Shown here: piece after piece, positions 1 through 12,247 of the stretch
Layout: each line of letters begins with the position of its first letter
How positions within the stretch are numbered: position 1 is the first letter of the stretch
DNA from: Dickeya solani IPO 2222
GTDB lineage: Bacteria; Pseudomonadota; Gammaproteobacteria; Enterobacterales; Enterobacteriaceae
DNA: 32,000 bases
NCBI RefSeq assembly: GCF_001644705.1
Contig: NZ_CP015137.1
Span: 3,390,001 to 3,422,000, forward strand
Direction: 5' to 3'
Program-made: the position numbers and the translations under genes
Notes under the pieces: model-generated
Seen by the model: the letters and a program-made list of their open reading frames with translations, nothing else
Database searches by the model: none
What the model was told of the DNA's origin: nothing

Positions 1-3000
1 TCGATCGCGTCCGGCAGGAAACCAGCCAACTGAAGCAGCAGGCGGCGCAGGCGCCGGCCAAACTGAAGCAGGTGAATGAAGATCTGGTGTCACTGGGGGG
101 CGCTGCGCCGGTGTCTCAGCCATCGCTGGACTCGCTGTCGCTAAAACAGCTGGAAGCCCGCCTGAATGAAACGCTGGATGATTTACAGTCCGCCCAGGAA
201 AACCTGTCCACCTACAATAGCCAACTGATTTCGTTGCAGACCCAGCCGGAGCGGGTGCAGAGCGCGTTATATGCCGCCTCGCAACGTAGCCAGCAACTGC
301 GCACCCAACTCAGTGGGCTTGACCCATCGCAGGAGCCGCTGCGGCCGAGCCAGCAGGTTCTGCTACAGGTGGAGCAGGCGCTGGTCGGGCTGCAAATGGA
401 GCAGCAGCGCAAAAGCCTGGAAGTGAACACCACCATGCAGGATCTGTTGCAGAAGCAGCGGGATTACACCGCCGCGCAGATCGGCCAACTGGAACACATG
501 GTGCAGATGTTGCAAGGCGTGATCAACAACAAACGCCTCAACCTGTCGGAGAAAACCGCCAAGGAAGCGCAGAATTCGGATGAGTTACAGCGCATTCAGG
601 AGAACCCGCTGGTCAAAACGGAGATGGAGACCAACCGTCAGCTCAGCCAGCGCCTGATCAAAGCGACCGAAGCCGGCAATACGCTGGTTCAGGAGAGCAT
701 TCAGGTAAAAAACTGGCTTGATCGGGCCACGCAGTCGGAACGCAACCTGAAAGAACAGATTACGGTGCTGAAAGGCAGCCTGTTGCTGTCGCGCATTCTT
801 TATCAACAACAGCAAAACCTGCCATCGGCCGATGCGATGGGCAATATCAGCACCCAAATCGCCGATCTGCGTCTGGAACAGTTTGATATCAACCAGCAAC
901 GCGATGTGTTGTTCCGTGGCGATGAATATATCCAGCAACTGGTCGTTCACAGCAGCAATGCCACGGTGGATGCCGAAGTCACCGATGCGCTGGAGCAGAT
1001 TCTGGACATGCGCCGCGAACTGCTCGACCAGCTCAATAAGCAGCTTGGCAATCAACTGATGCTGGCGATCAACCTGCAAATCAGCCGCCAGCAACTGATG
1101 AGCGTAAATGACTCGCTGCAACGTACGTTGACCCAGCAAATCTTTTGGGTCAGCAGTAATAAGCCGATGGACTGGAACTGGCTGAAGGATCTGCCATCGA
1201 CACTGAAACAGCAGATAAAAAACCTGCGCTTCAACCTGAAAGGCGCACAGCTGGGCCAGGGGATCATGGATTCTCTGTTGCTGACCATCCCGGCGCTGAT
1301 CATGGTTGGCCTGCTGCTGTGGCGGCGAAAAAGCATCGATTCCTATATGAGCAAGCTGGCGGACGATGTGGGGCAACTCAAGCGCGACAGCCAGTTGCAT
1401 ACGCCGAAAGCCATTCTGCTGTTGATTTTGCGTACCTTACCGGGCGTGCTGGTGATTTTGTCGCTGGGGCTATGGCTGAAGCGGACTGATAGCCAGATCA
1501 GCAGCTTCGCCTGGCTGCTTAGCGAAAATCTGGCGTTGTTCTGGATGGTGTTCGCCACCGCCTGGTTCAGTCTCAAGCCGGGCAGCCTGAGCGAGCGACA
1601 CTTCAATATTCCAGCGTCCCGTTGCGCGCATTACCGGCGTCAGACGTTGCGACTCGGCGGCGCGCTGTTACCGCTGATGTTTTGGGCGGTGGTGGGAGAG
1701 AAAACACCGTTGTATCTGGTGGACGACGCCATCGGGCAGATCATTATCGTCTGTAATCTGCTGTTGCTGACTATTCTGGTGTTCCCGGTATGCCGCGACT
1801 GCTGGCGGGAAAAGGAACGCCATACGGTGCAGTTGATCGTGGTGACCATGATGGCCGCCATGCCGCTGTTTCTGATTGGACTGATGCTGAACGGCTTTTT
1901 CTATACCACGCTGCGACTGGCCAGCCGCTGGGTTGACAGCCTGTATCTGTTGATCGTCTGGAATATCGTCTACTTCGCCACTATTCGTGGCTTAAGCGTC
2001 GCTGCCCGCCGTCTGGCGTATCGCCGCGCAGTGGCGCGACGCCAGAATCTGGTCAAGGAAGGGGCGGAAGGCAGCGAACCGGTGCCGGAAGCGCCGCTGG
2101 CGCTGGAACAGATCAGCCAGCAATCTTTGCGTCTGACGACCATGGTGCTGTTTCTGGCGTTCTCCGGCGCGTTTTACTGGATCTGGGCCGATCTGGTGAC
2201 CGTGTTTTCCTATCTGGACAGCATCACGCTGTGGCATTACAGCACGACCAGCGCCAGCGGCACCGTATTGCAACCGGTGACGCTGGGCAACCTGTTGGTG
2301 GCGATGGTGATTGGCGGTGTGGCTTATGTGATGACCCGCAACCTGCCCGGTTTGCTGGAGGTGCTGGTATTGTCGCGTTTGCAGTTGCGGCAAGGCACCT
2401 CTTATGCCATCACCACCGTGCTGACCTATCTGATTACCGCCGTCGGCACGGTCACGTCGCTCAGTTCGCTCGGGGTTTCCTGGGATAAACTGCAGTGGCT
2501 GGTGGCGGCATTATCGGTAGGGCTGGGATTTGGCTTACAGGAAATCTTCGCTAACTTCGTGTCGGGTCTGATTATCCTGTTCGAACGGCCGGTGCGTATT
2601 GGCGATACCATCACCATCGGCGCCTTCTCCGGTTCGGTGAGCAAGATCCGTATCCGCGCCACCACCATTACCGATTTTGACCGCAAGGAAGTGATCATTC
2701 CCAACAAGGCGTTTGTCACCGAACGTCTGATCAACTGGTCGTTGTCAGACACCATCACACGTGTGTTGATCCGTATCGGCGTCGCCTACGGCTCCGATCT
2801 GGACAAGGTGAAAGAGGTGTTGCTGCAGGCGGCGCGTGATAACCCTCGCGTGATGACCGATCCGGAACCACAGGTGTTTTTCCTGTCGTTCGGCGCAAGC
2901 TCGCTGGATCACGAACTGCGCCTGTACGTGCGTGAACTGCGGGATCGCAGTTACACCGTCGATGAACTGAACCGCACCATCGATCGTCTGTGCCGCGAAA

Positions 3001-3104
3001 ACAATATCAATATCGCCTTCAACCAGCTGGAGGTCTACCTGCACAACGCGCAAGGCAAAGAGGTGCAGGAAGTGTCCCGCGAGCTGACTCAGCCGCCGAT
3101 GTGA
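1..3104 (+). CDS. mscK: Mechanosensitive channel MscK (KefA), 5' end outside window
   Basis: The reading frame is open from nt 3 (DRVRQETSQLKQQAAQAPAKLKQ precedes the GTG at 72), so the gene enters from upstream. It has a long Q/L-rich coiled-coil N-terminal region and multiple TM helices. The C-terminal MscS core reads GLGFGLQEIFANFVSGLIILFERPVRIGD. Size and its position next to ybaM-priC match E. coli MscK. Confidence 0.93.
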   Translation, partial: DRVRQETSQLKQQAAQAPAKLKQVNEDLVSLGGAAPVSQPSLDSLSLKQLEARLNETLDDLQSAQENLSTYNSQLISLQTQPERVQSALYAASQRSQQLRTQLSGLDPSQEPLRPSQQVLLQVEQALVGLQMEQQRKSLEVNTTMQDLLQKQRDYTAAQIGQLEHMVQMLQGVINNKRLNLSEKTAKEAQNSDELQRIQENPLVKTEMETNRQLSQRLIKATEAGNTLVQESIQVKNWLDRATQSERNLKEQITVLKGSLLLSRILYQQQQNLPSADAMGNISTQIADLRLEQFDINQQRDVLFRGDEYIQQLVVHSSNATVDAEVTDALEQILDMRRELLDQLNKQLGNQLMLAINLQISRQQLMSVNDSLQRTLTQQIFWVSSNKPMDWNWLKDLPSTLKQQIKNLRFNLKGAQLGQGIMDSLLLTIPALIMVGLLLWRRKSIDSYMSKLADDVGQLKRDSQLHTPKAILLLILRTLPGVLVILSLGLWLKRTDSQISSFAWLLSENLALFWMVFATAWFSLKPGSLSERHFNIPASRCAHYRRQTLRLGGALLPLMFWAVVGEKTPLYLVDDAIGQIIIVCNLLLLTILVFPVCRDCWREKERHTVQLIVVTMMAAMPLFLIGLMLNGFFYTTLRLASRWVDSLYLLIVWNIVYFATIRGLSVAARRLAYRRAVARRQNLVKEGAEGSEPVPEAPLALEQISQQSLRLTTMVLFLAFSGAFYWIWADLVTVFSYLDSITLWHYSTTSASGTVLQPVTLGNLLVAMVIGGVAYVMTRNLPGLLEVLVLSRLQLRQGTSYAITTVLTYLITAVGTVTSLSSLGVSWDKLQWLVAALSVGLGFGLQEIFANFVSGLIILFERPVRIGDTITIGAFSGSVSKIRIRATTITDFDRKEVIIPNKAFVTERLINWSLSDTITRVLIRIGVAYGSDLDKVKEVLLQAARDNPRVMTDPEPQVFFLSFGASSLDHELRLYVRELRDRSYTVDELNRTIDRLCRENNINIAFNQLEVYLHNAQGKEVQEVSRELTQPPM

Positions 3105-3166
3105 TGGAAACCCGCTAAATAATGTGACGGGGAATATGCGCCGGGGCGGGAACGCCTGCTCCGGCG

Positions 3167-3349
3167 TCAGGCAGGTGTCTGGTGGGGCGGGGCGTCGGCC
3201 TTCGACTGATCGTCGGTCTTCGACTGATAGTCCCGGCGTATGATTTCCAGCGCCGCCAGCACCACGTTCGGTGCTATCTGATTGTCTTCCAACAGCATGA
3301 TGAGATCGACCGCCAGTTTGACTTCTGGCGTTTCATTTTCCAGCGACAT
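3167..3349 (-). CDS. ybaM: Small DUF2496-family protein YbaM
   Basis: 60-aa ORF with a GAGGT RBS. The N-terminus MSLEN..VKLAVDLIMLLEDNQI resembles E. coli YbaM as I remember it. It sits in the conserved position between mscK and priC. The C-terminus is lengthened by an 18-bp tandem duplication. Confidence 0.75.
   Translation of the reverse strand: MSLENETPEVKLAVDLIMLLEDNQIAPNVVLAALEIIRRDYQSKTDDQSKADAPPHQTPA
3194..3229. repeat. 18-bp tandem duplication (2 units, 16/18 identical) inside the ybaM 3' end
   Basis: GTCGGCCTTCGACTGATC (3194-3211) is followed directly by GTCGGTCTTCGACTGATA (3212-3229). The repeat is in frame and encodes YQSKTD/DQSKAD on the minus strand. Confidence 0.9.
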
Positions 3350-3427
3350 GATTTTTCTACCTCACTCCGATCCTGTTCTGTTTTTTCTAAAACATAGCAG
3401 AGAATGGTGAACGAGGGTCACGAAAGG

Positions 3428-3961
3428 TCAAAATCCCTGTTCCTGGCGTTCAATCTGACGCTCCAGCCGCGACAGCGCCTGACGGCAACGGGCCAGCCGG
3501 CCTTCCAGCGCCGCCAGCTCACGTTGCAGACGCTGCTGTTCACTGAGTTGGCTCTGGGTCGCCAGCAGGCTTTCCCGATCCTGAATCATCGCCAGCAGAC
3601 GACGCTCATAACCCTGATATTCCGCCAGTTTCTGGTACCGGTCCTGTGGTGCCGGCGTTGCGGGTTCTTGTGCCCGCAACGGTTGGGTCGCCAGCTCCCG
3701 CTGCAGCGCCGTCATTTGCGTCAGCAATTTTTCCGCCATGAACGCCACCCGATCCAGGCGTTGCTCCTGTACATATTGTTGCAGGTGCTGATAGTTATGA
3801 CGGATCTCGTCGAGATAATCGCCCAGTCGAGTGCCGTAACAACTGAATAGCTGGCGATCAAAACGCGAGCGGGGCGCCTGTCGCGCGGCAATTGGCTCGA
3901 CATCTCGCGCCAGCGTATCAATCTGGCGCGCCAGCACGGCCAGCAGTGCCTGTGTTTCCAT
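3428..3961 (-). CDS. priC: Primosomal replication protein N'' (PriC)
   Basis: 177-aa ORF with a strong GGAGG RBS. It is a helical R/Q/L-rich protein. The SRFDRQLF motif near the N-terminus and LARCRQALSRLERQIERQ near the C-terminus line up with E. coli PriC (175 aa). Synteny with ybaM is conserved. Confidence 0.85.
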   Translation of the reverse strand: METQALLAVLARQIDTLARDVEPIAARQAPRSRFDRQLFSCYGTRLGDYLDEIRHNYQHLQQYVQEQRLDRVAFMAEKLLTQMTALQRELATQPLRAQEPATPAPQDRYQKLAEYQGYERRLLAMIQDRESLLATQSQLSEQQRLQRELAALEGRLARCRQALSRLERQIERQEQGF

Positions 3962-4025
3962 GGCGTTTCCTCCGTCGGTCGACCGCGATATCCGTAAGCC
4001 GCGGTATGTGGGATCACGGGCCGGT

Positions 4026-4796
4026 TCAGTGTGTGCTGAACGCCGGTTTGCCGCTGTGGAATTTGAAATCGTTATCTGGGCTGGTAATCAGCTGCGCTTC
4101 CGTTTGCGCAAAAAAGGCGACGCGCGCGGTAATATCCTTACCGGCAATCTGTTCCGCCAGCGCCAGATAATCCTGATAGTGGCGAGCTTCGGAACGCAAC
4201 AGTGAAATGTAGAACTTGCCCACGTCTTCTTCCAGATGCGGCGCCAGTCTGGCGAAGCGCTCGCAGGAGCGCGCTTCGATAAAGGCGCCAATGATCAGTT
4301 TATCCACCAGCGCATCCGGCTCATGCGTTTTCATGTATTGTGTCATGCCGCGGGCGTAGCGGCTGGCGGCCACGCTCTGGTAGGGAATGCCTTTTTGCTC
4401 CATGACTTCCAGCACCTGATAGAAATGGTGCAGCTCTTCGCGGATCAGCATCACCATTTTATCGATCATATCCTGACTGTAATTGCAGCCGTCGCGGGCG
4501 CTGATCTGTCGGGAAATCAATCCACCCGTTTTCAATGTCTGCATGTCGCCCATCCGGCTGTAGGCAAAATGCTCATACGGGGCAATCCAGTCCTGCAATT
4601 GATGCCGGCTCGTCTGATCCACCGCATAGCGGCGAATCAGAAACAGCGCGTTTCGGGCGGCTTTCAGTTCGCACAGTAGATGATCGCGCAGCAATATGGG
4701 CAGATTTTCCGGTTTGCGTGCTTCATCGAGCCACTCATCTGGCGTCGTGGCGGCCAGGAAGGCATGGATCGGGTCGAGGATGGAATGATCAAACAT
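4026..4796 (-). CDS. miaE: tRNA-(ms2io6A37)-hydroxylase MiaE (non-heme diiron)
   Basis: I moved the start to ATG 4796 (MFDHSILDPIHAF...), giving 256 aa. The motifs LLCELKAA, REELHHFYQV, FIEARSCERF and LLRSEARHYQDYLALA match the four-helix-bundle diiron ligand motifs of Salmonella MiaE. The 71-codon N-terminal extension in the ORF track overlaps ybaN and has no support. Confidence 0.85.
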   Translation of the reverse strand: MFDHSILDPIHAFLAATTPDEWLDEARKPENLPILLRDHLLCELKAARNALFLIRRYAVDQTSRHQLQDWIAPYEHFAYSRMGDMQTLKTGGLISRQISARDGCNYSQDMIDKMVMLIREELHHFYQVLEVMEQKGIPYQSVAASRYARGMTQYMKTHEPDALVDKLIIGAFIEARSCERFARLAPHLEEDVGKFYISLLRSEARHYQDYLALAEQIAGKDITARVAFFAQTEAQLITSPDNDFKFHSGKPAFSTH

Positions 4797-4923
4797 GTAC
4801 GGCGGACGGATTGAGTTAACGTGGCGGTATGATACAACGATTCCTGTGGATTGCGATCGGGTCTGCGGGTTCGGATAACCTATCTGGAAATGAAAGCGCG
4901 TGTGGAAACGGAATGGGGGCAAG

Positions 4924-5292
4924 ATGTATCGAGTGGTGCTGATAACCATAGGGTGGCTGGCGGTGGTGCTGGCGGCGCTGGGCGTGGTATTGCCGTTGTT
5001 GCCGACCACGCCGTTTCTGCTGTTGGCAGCCTGGTGTTTTGCCCGCTCATCGCCGCGCTTCCATTACTGGCTGCTGTATCGCTCCTGGTTTGGCGGTTAT
5101 TTGCGCCACTGGCAGCAGCATCGTGCGCTGCCGCCGGGCGTCAAGACCAAAGCGGTACTGGTGATTATCGCTACGTTTGCCTTGTCATTGTGGCTGGTGG
5201 ACATTAACTGGGTCAGGGGCCTGCTGTTGCTGATTCTGGTCGCGCTACTCACCTTTATGCTGCGTTTGCCGGTTATTGATCCGAAGCAATAG
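4924..5292 (+). CDS. ybaN: Inner-membrane protein YbaN (DUF454)
   Basis: MYRVVLITIGWLAVVLAALGVVLPLLPTTPFLLLAAWCFARSSPRFHYWLLYRSWFG is near-identical to E. coli YbaN. The start is set at ATG 4924 to match the E. coli N-terminus. Confidence 0.9.
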   Translation: MYRVVLITIGWLAVVLAALGVVLPLLPTTPFLLLAAWCFARSSPRFHYWLLYRSWFGGYLRHWQQHRALPPGVKTKAVLVIIATFALSLWLVDINWVRGLLLLILVALLTFMLRLPVIDPKQ

Positions 5293-5470
5293 CCTGCGAT
5301 AAAAACGCGCAGATCTGCGCGGGCCGGTTGCATTTGCCGGTCAGTTTGACTAGATTTGAGCGTTTTCGTGCGCGAGCCGCCACCGTATTTTTTATCGCCA
5401 ACGCCTGCGGGCGGCATAGCGACACTGTGGCGGTGTTCAGTGAATATAAGGTTTTATCAGGCACAACATT

Positions 5471-6019
5471 ATGACCGCAACTCAGCAGCCAGAATTGATT
5501 AAAAACAGTATCAAAAGTATTCCGGATTACCCCAAGCCGGGCATACTGTTTCGTGATGTGACCAGCCTGCTGGAGAATCCGCAGGCCTATTCGGCGAGCA
5601 TCGACATGCTGGTTAAACGCTATCAGGACGCCGGCATTACCAAAGTTGTCGGTACCGAAGCGCGTGGTTTTCTGTTTGGCGCGCCGGTGGCGCTGGCGTT
5701 GGGCGTCGGATTTGTTCCGGTGCGCAAGCCGGGTAAACTGCCGCGCGCGACGCTGAGCGAAAGCTATGAACTGGAATACGGCAGCGATACGCTGGAGATT
5801 CACGCCGATTCCATTACCGCCAGCGACAAAGTACTGGTGGTGGACGATCTGCTGGCGACCGGCGGCACGATCGAGGCGACCGTCAAACTGATTCGTCGTC
5901 TCGGCGGTCAGGTGTCCGACGCCGCTTTTATTATCAATCTCTTTGACCTGGGTGGACAGCAGCGGCTCGAAAACATGGGCATCGCCTGCTACAGCCTGGT
6001 CGATTTCCCCGGCCATTGA
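5471..6019 (+). CDS. apt: Adenine phosphoribosyltransferase
   Basis: 182 aa with the PRPP-binding motif [13 protein letters not shown]. It is near-collinear with E. coli Apt (183 aa). Confidence 0.97.
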   Translation: MTATQQPELIKNSIKSIPDYPKPGILFRDVTSLLENPQAYSASIDMLVKRYQDAGITKVVGTEARGFLFGAPVALALGVGFVPVRKPGKLPRATLSESYELEYGSDTLEIHADSITASDKVLVVDDLLATGGTIEATVKLIRRLGGQVSDAAFIINLFDLGGQQRLENMGIACYSLVDFPGH

Positions 6020-6025
6020 TGACGG

Positions 6026-6051
6026 CAGTCTCGCCGATGGCGGCGAGACTG
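6026..6051 (+). terminator. Hairpin between apt and dnaX (weak terminator or attenuator)
   Basis: A perfect 10-bp stem, CAGTCTCGCC (6026-6035) with GGCGAGACTG (6042-6051), and a 6-nt loop. Only a short TGTT follows, so termination is probably partial. Confidence 0.35.
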
Positions 6052-6093
6052 TGTTAGCATCACCTCCTCAATAACTCAACTGCTGCGGTATTG

Positions 6094-8103
6094 ATGAGCT
6101 ATCAGGTTCTTGCCCGTAAGTGGCGTCCCCAAACCTTTGCTGATGTGGTAGGACAGGAACATGTCCTGACGGCGTTAGCCAATGGTCTTTCGTTAGGCCG
6201 TATCCATCATGCCTACCTGTTTTCCGGTACCCGGGGCGTAGGCAAGACGACTATCGCCCGTTTACTGGCGAAAGGGCTGAATTGCGAAACCGGGATCACG
6301 GCCACGCCCTGCGGCCAGTGCGATACCTGTCGGGAAATCGAACAGGGGCGATTCGTCGATCTGATCGAGATTGACGCGGCGTCCCGCACCAAAGTGGAAG
6401 ATACCCGCGATCTGCTGGACAACGTCCAATACGCTCCGGCCCGCGGTCGCTTCAAGGTTTACCTGATCGACGAAGTGCACATGCTCTCCCGCCACAGCTT
6501 CAATGCGTTGCTGAAAACGCTGGAAGAGCCGCCGCCGCATGTGAAATTCCTGCTGGCGACCACCGATCCGCAAAAGCTGCCGGTGACTATTCTGTCCCGC
6601 TGTTTGCAGTTTCATCTCAAAGCGCTTGATGCCGAGCAGATTCGTCAGCATCTGCAACAGGTGCTGGAGCAGGAACAACTGGTCTCTGAACCGCGCGCGC
6701 TGCAATTGCTGGCCCGAGCCGCCGATGGCAGCCTGCGCGACGCGCTGAGCCTGACCGATCAGGCGATCGCTATGGGGCAAGGGCAGGTCACCGCCGCCGC
6801 CGTCAGCCAGATGCTGGGCACATTGGATGATGAACAGCCGCTGGCGCTGATTGAAGCACTGGTGAAAGGCGATGGCGCCGGGGTTATGGCGCTGATGGGG
6901 CAAGCGGCGTCGCGCGGCGTTGACTGGGAAGCACTGCTGGTGGAAACCCTGACGCTGCTGCACCGCATTGCCATGCTGCAGTTGCTGCCTTCTGCGCTGG
7001 GTGACGAATACAATCAGGTCGCGCCCCGGCTGCGTGATCTGGCACGCGTGATCCCACCCGCCGAGGTGCAGCTTTATTATCAGACGCTGTTGGTGGGGCG
7101 CAAGGAGTTGCCGTACGCGCCGGATCGCCGGATGGGCGTGGAAATGACCCTGTTGCGTGCGCTGGCGTTTCATCCCAGCCAGACGATTGCCGAACCGGTT
7201 CCGGTCAGCGCGCCATCTGCGGCGGGCGTGCCGTTACCCGCTGAACCAACGCGTATGCCGCCATCGGTCAGACCCGGCGCGGTGACCGCCGCATCCGGCG
7301 ATGACGCGGCGGTCAGGCAGGTTCCGGCAACGGGCAGCGAACCGCCGTCGGCACCAGCCCCAGCCCCGGACAGCAATTTGCCGGATGCGACCGCGCAGTT
7401 GCTGCAGGCGCGCAGCCAGTTGCTGAACCGACAGGGAAATACCCCAACAAAAAAGGCTGAACCGGCGGCGTCAGGAAAAACGCGGCCGGTAAACTCGGCG
7501 CTGGAGCGGTTGGCTTCGGTGACCGAGCGTGGTCAGCAGCAAATGGCGGCCAAAGCCGTGGCGCAGGAAGAGCAGAAAAAGCAAGAGGCTTATCGCTGGC
7601 GCGCGCAGAAGAAGGCCGAGCCGGTTGAAACGGCGCCGGTGACCACGCCCAAAGCGCTGCGCTCGGCGCTGGAATATGAAAAAACGCCGGAACTGGCGGC
7701 GCGGCTGGCGGTGGAAGCCATCGAACGCGATGCCTGGGCGGCGGAAATCGATCGTCTGACGCTGCCTAAGCTGGTACAACAGCTGGCGCTTAATGCGTTT
7801 AAAGCGATGCCGGAAGAGGGGGTAATTCACCTGCACCTGCGCTCTTCCCAGCGCCATCTGAATTCGGCGGCGGCGCAGAAAACGCTGTCGGAGGCGCTGG
7901 CGACGCACTATGAGCGCCCGATCAGTCTGATGATCACCGAAGACGATACGCCGGCGGTTCGTACGCCGCTGGAGTGGCGCCAGGTCATTTATGAAGAGAA
8001 GCTGGCGCAGGCGCGCCAGTCCATCATGGCTGATAATAATATTCAAACGCTACGGCGTTTCTTCGATGCGGAACTGGACGAAGAGAGTATCCGCCCCGTT
8101 TAA
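6094..8103 (+). CDS. dnaX: DNA polymerase III subunits tau/gamma
   Basis: MSYQVLARKWRPQTFADVVGQEHV..., the Walker A motif GTRGVGKTT, and a zinc module CGQCDTCREIEQG. The protein is collinear with E. coli DnaX apart from a divergent P/A-rich linker. ATG 6094 is preferred over the TTG at 6091. Confidence 0.97.
   Translation: MSYQVLARKWRPQTFADVVGQEHVLTALANGLSLGRIHHAYLFSGTRGVGKTTIARLLAKGLNCETGITATPCGQCDTCREIEQGRFVDLIEIDAASRTKVEDTRDLLDNVQYAPARGRFKVYLIDEVHMLSRHSFNALLKTLEEPPPHVKFLLATTDPQKLPVTILSRCLQFHLKALDAEQIRQHLQQVLEQEQLVSEPRALQLLARAADGSLRDALSLTDQAIAMGQGQVTAAAVSQMLGTLDDEQPLALIEALVKGDGAGVMALMGQAASRGVDWEALLVETLTLLHRIAMLQLLPSALGDEYNQVAPRLRDLARVIPPAEVQLYYQTLLVGRKELPYAPDRRMGVEMTLLRALAFHPSQTIAEPVPVSAPSAAGVPLPAEPTRMPPSVRPGAVTAASGDDAAVRQVPATGSEPPSAPAPAPDSNLPDATAQLLQARSQLLNRQGNTPTKKAEPAASGKTRPVNSALERLASVTERGQQQMAAKAVAQEEQKKQEAYRWRAQKKAEPVETAPVTTPKALRSALEYEKTPELAARLAVEAIERDAWAAEIDRLTLPKLVQQLALNAFKAMPEEGVIHLHLRSSQRHLNSAAAQKTLSEALATHYERPISLMITEDDTPAVRTPLEWRQVIYEEKLAQARQSIMADNNIQTLRRFFDAELDEESIRPV
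7433..7490 (+). other. dnaX: dnaX programmed -1 ribosomal frameshift cassette (gamma subunit)
   Basis: An SD-like AGGGA lies at 7433-7437. The in-frame slippery heptamer A AAA AAG is at 7449-7455 (codons K453-K454). The -1 frame then reads GGC TGA, with the stop at 7458-7460. A downstream stem pairs ACCGGCGGCG (7461-7470) with CGCGGCCGGT (7481-7490), with one G:G mismatch. This layout matches the E. coli dnaX recoding signal. Confidence 0.85.
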
Positions 8104-8145
8104 CCCCGCTGCCCACCGGCAGCCCGAAGTGGTAGAGAGAACGAT

Positions 8146-8475
8146 ATGTTTGGTAAAGGCGGTTTAGGCAATCTGATGAAGCAAGCTCAGCAGATGCAGG
8201 AAAAAATGCAAAAGGCGCAGGAAGAGATTGCCAGTCTGGAAGTGACCGGGGAATCGGGCGCCGGGCTGGTGAAGGTGACCATTAATGGCGCTCACAACTG
8301 CCGTCGTGTTGAAATCGACCCCAGTCTGATGGAAGACGACAAAGAGATGCTGGAAGACCTGATCGCGGCGGCCTTCAATGATGCGGCGCGTCGTATCGCT
8401 GAAGTCCAGCAGGAAAAAATGGCGTCGGTTTCCAGCGGTATTCCGCTGCCGCCCGGCTTCAAGATGCCGTTCTGA
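8146..8475 (+). CDS. ybaB: Nucleoid-associated protein YbaB/EbfC
   Basis: 109 aa, almost identical to E. coli YbaB ([23 protein letters not shown]...GFKMPF). Confidence 0.96.
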   Translation: MFGKGGLGNLMKQAQQMQEKMQKAQEEIASLEVTGESGAGLVKVTINGAHNCRRVEIDPSLMEDDKEMLEDLIAAAFNDAARRIAEVQQEKMASVSSGIPLPPGFKMPF

Positions 8476-9080
8476 TGCAAACCAGCCCGCTTCTTGAGTC
8501 GCTGATGGAGGCGCTGCGCTGTTTACCCGGCGTGGGGCCAAAATCGGCGCAGCGCATGGCATTCCATCTGTTGCAGCGCGATCGCAGCGGTGGTATGCGT
8601 CTGGCGCAGGCGCTGACCCGTGCTATGTCGGAGATCGGTCACTGCGCTGACTGCCGGACCTTTACCGAGCAGGATATCTGCACTATCTGCGCTAATCCGC
8701 GCCGTCAGCAGAACGGCCAGATTTGTGTGGTGGAAAGTCCGGCGGATATTCACGCCATCGAGCAGACCGGGCAGTTCGCCGGCCGCTACTTTGTGTTGAT
8801 GGGGCACCTGTCGCCGCTGGATGGCATCGGTCCCGGCGATATCGGGCTGGATAGGCTGGAAGAGCGTCTGGCGACGGAAACCATCAGTGAAGTGATTCTG
8901 GCGACCAACCCTACGGTGGAAGGGGATGCAACGGCCAATTACATCGCCGAGCTGTGCGCCGAACACGGGATCATGGCCAGCCGCATCGCTCACGGCGTGC
9001 CGGTGGGCGGCGAGCTGGAGATGGTGGACGGTACCACGCTGTCTCATTCTCTGGCCGGGCGGCACCCGATCCGGTTCTGA
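8475..9080 (+). CDS. recR: Recombination protein RecR
   Basis: 201 aa with a C4 zinc finger ([16 protein letters not shown]) and a Toprim region. Its ATG overlaps the ybaB TGA (TGATG), implying translational coupling. Confidence 0.96.
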   Translation: MQTSPLLESLMEALRCLPGVGPKSAQRMAFHLLQRDRSGGMRLAQALTRAMSEIGHCADCRTFTEQDICTICANPRRQQNGQICVVESPADIHAIEQTGQFAGRYFVLMGHLSPLDGIGPGDIGLDRLEERLATETISEVILATNPTVEGDATANYIAELCAEHGIMASRIAHGVPVGGELEMVDGTTLSHSLAGRHPIRF

Positions 9081-9163
9081 TTTCTGCGGCCGCCGACAGG
9101 CGGCCGACATGGCACTGATATCCGTTAGTGTGATCAATCGTGTGACCAATTGCCGTTTCCCCC

Positions 9164-9192
9164 CTTGAAACCCCATCGGTTTATCCCCATTT
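9164..9192 (+). promoter_or_regulatory. Sigma-32 (heat-shock) promoter of htpG
   Basis: CCCCCTTGAAA (-35, CTTGAAA at 9164-9170), a 14-nt spacer, then CCCCATTT (-10, 9185-9192). This is a near-perfect match to the RpoH consensus CTTGAAA-N13-15-CCCCATNT, about 55 nt upstream of htpG. Confidence 0.8.
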
Positions 9193-9247
9193 GTTGCTTA
9201 TCCTCCGTTGAATCAGCCTGAATAAATACGTATTGAGGGAAGTAATA

Positions 9248-12041
<2,794 letters not shown>

Positions 12042-12056
12042 TTCCGTTTTTCGAAT

Positions 12057-12085
12057 GCGCCATCATGGCTGATGGCGCTTCTTCC
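12057..12085 (+). terminator. Rho-independent terminator of adk
   Basis: A 9-bp stem pairs GCGCCATCA (12057-12065) with TGATGGCGC (12070-12078) around a 4-nt loop. TTCTTCC follows. Confidence 0.65.
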
Positions 12086-12247
12086 CGCACTCTCCCGCTG
12101 TTTTCTCCTGTTTTATTGCTCCCGACAATTGCTGGTATCGGCCTTAACCACGCTGTCAGCCGGTTTTTCACGGCGGTGTTTCCGCTACAATGACACTCCG
12201 TTCCCGTTCAAACGATGATGCCGAAGCGGCAGCAGAGGAAAACGTTG

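Noticed and set aside
4797-5009. 71-codon N-terminal extension of the miaE ORF, overlapping ybaN on the opposite strand.
   Set aside because: The MiaE homology begins at the ATG at 4796. The extension has odd composition and would overlap the well-supported ybaN start.
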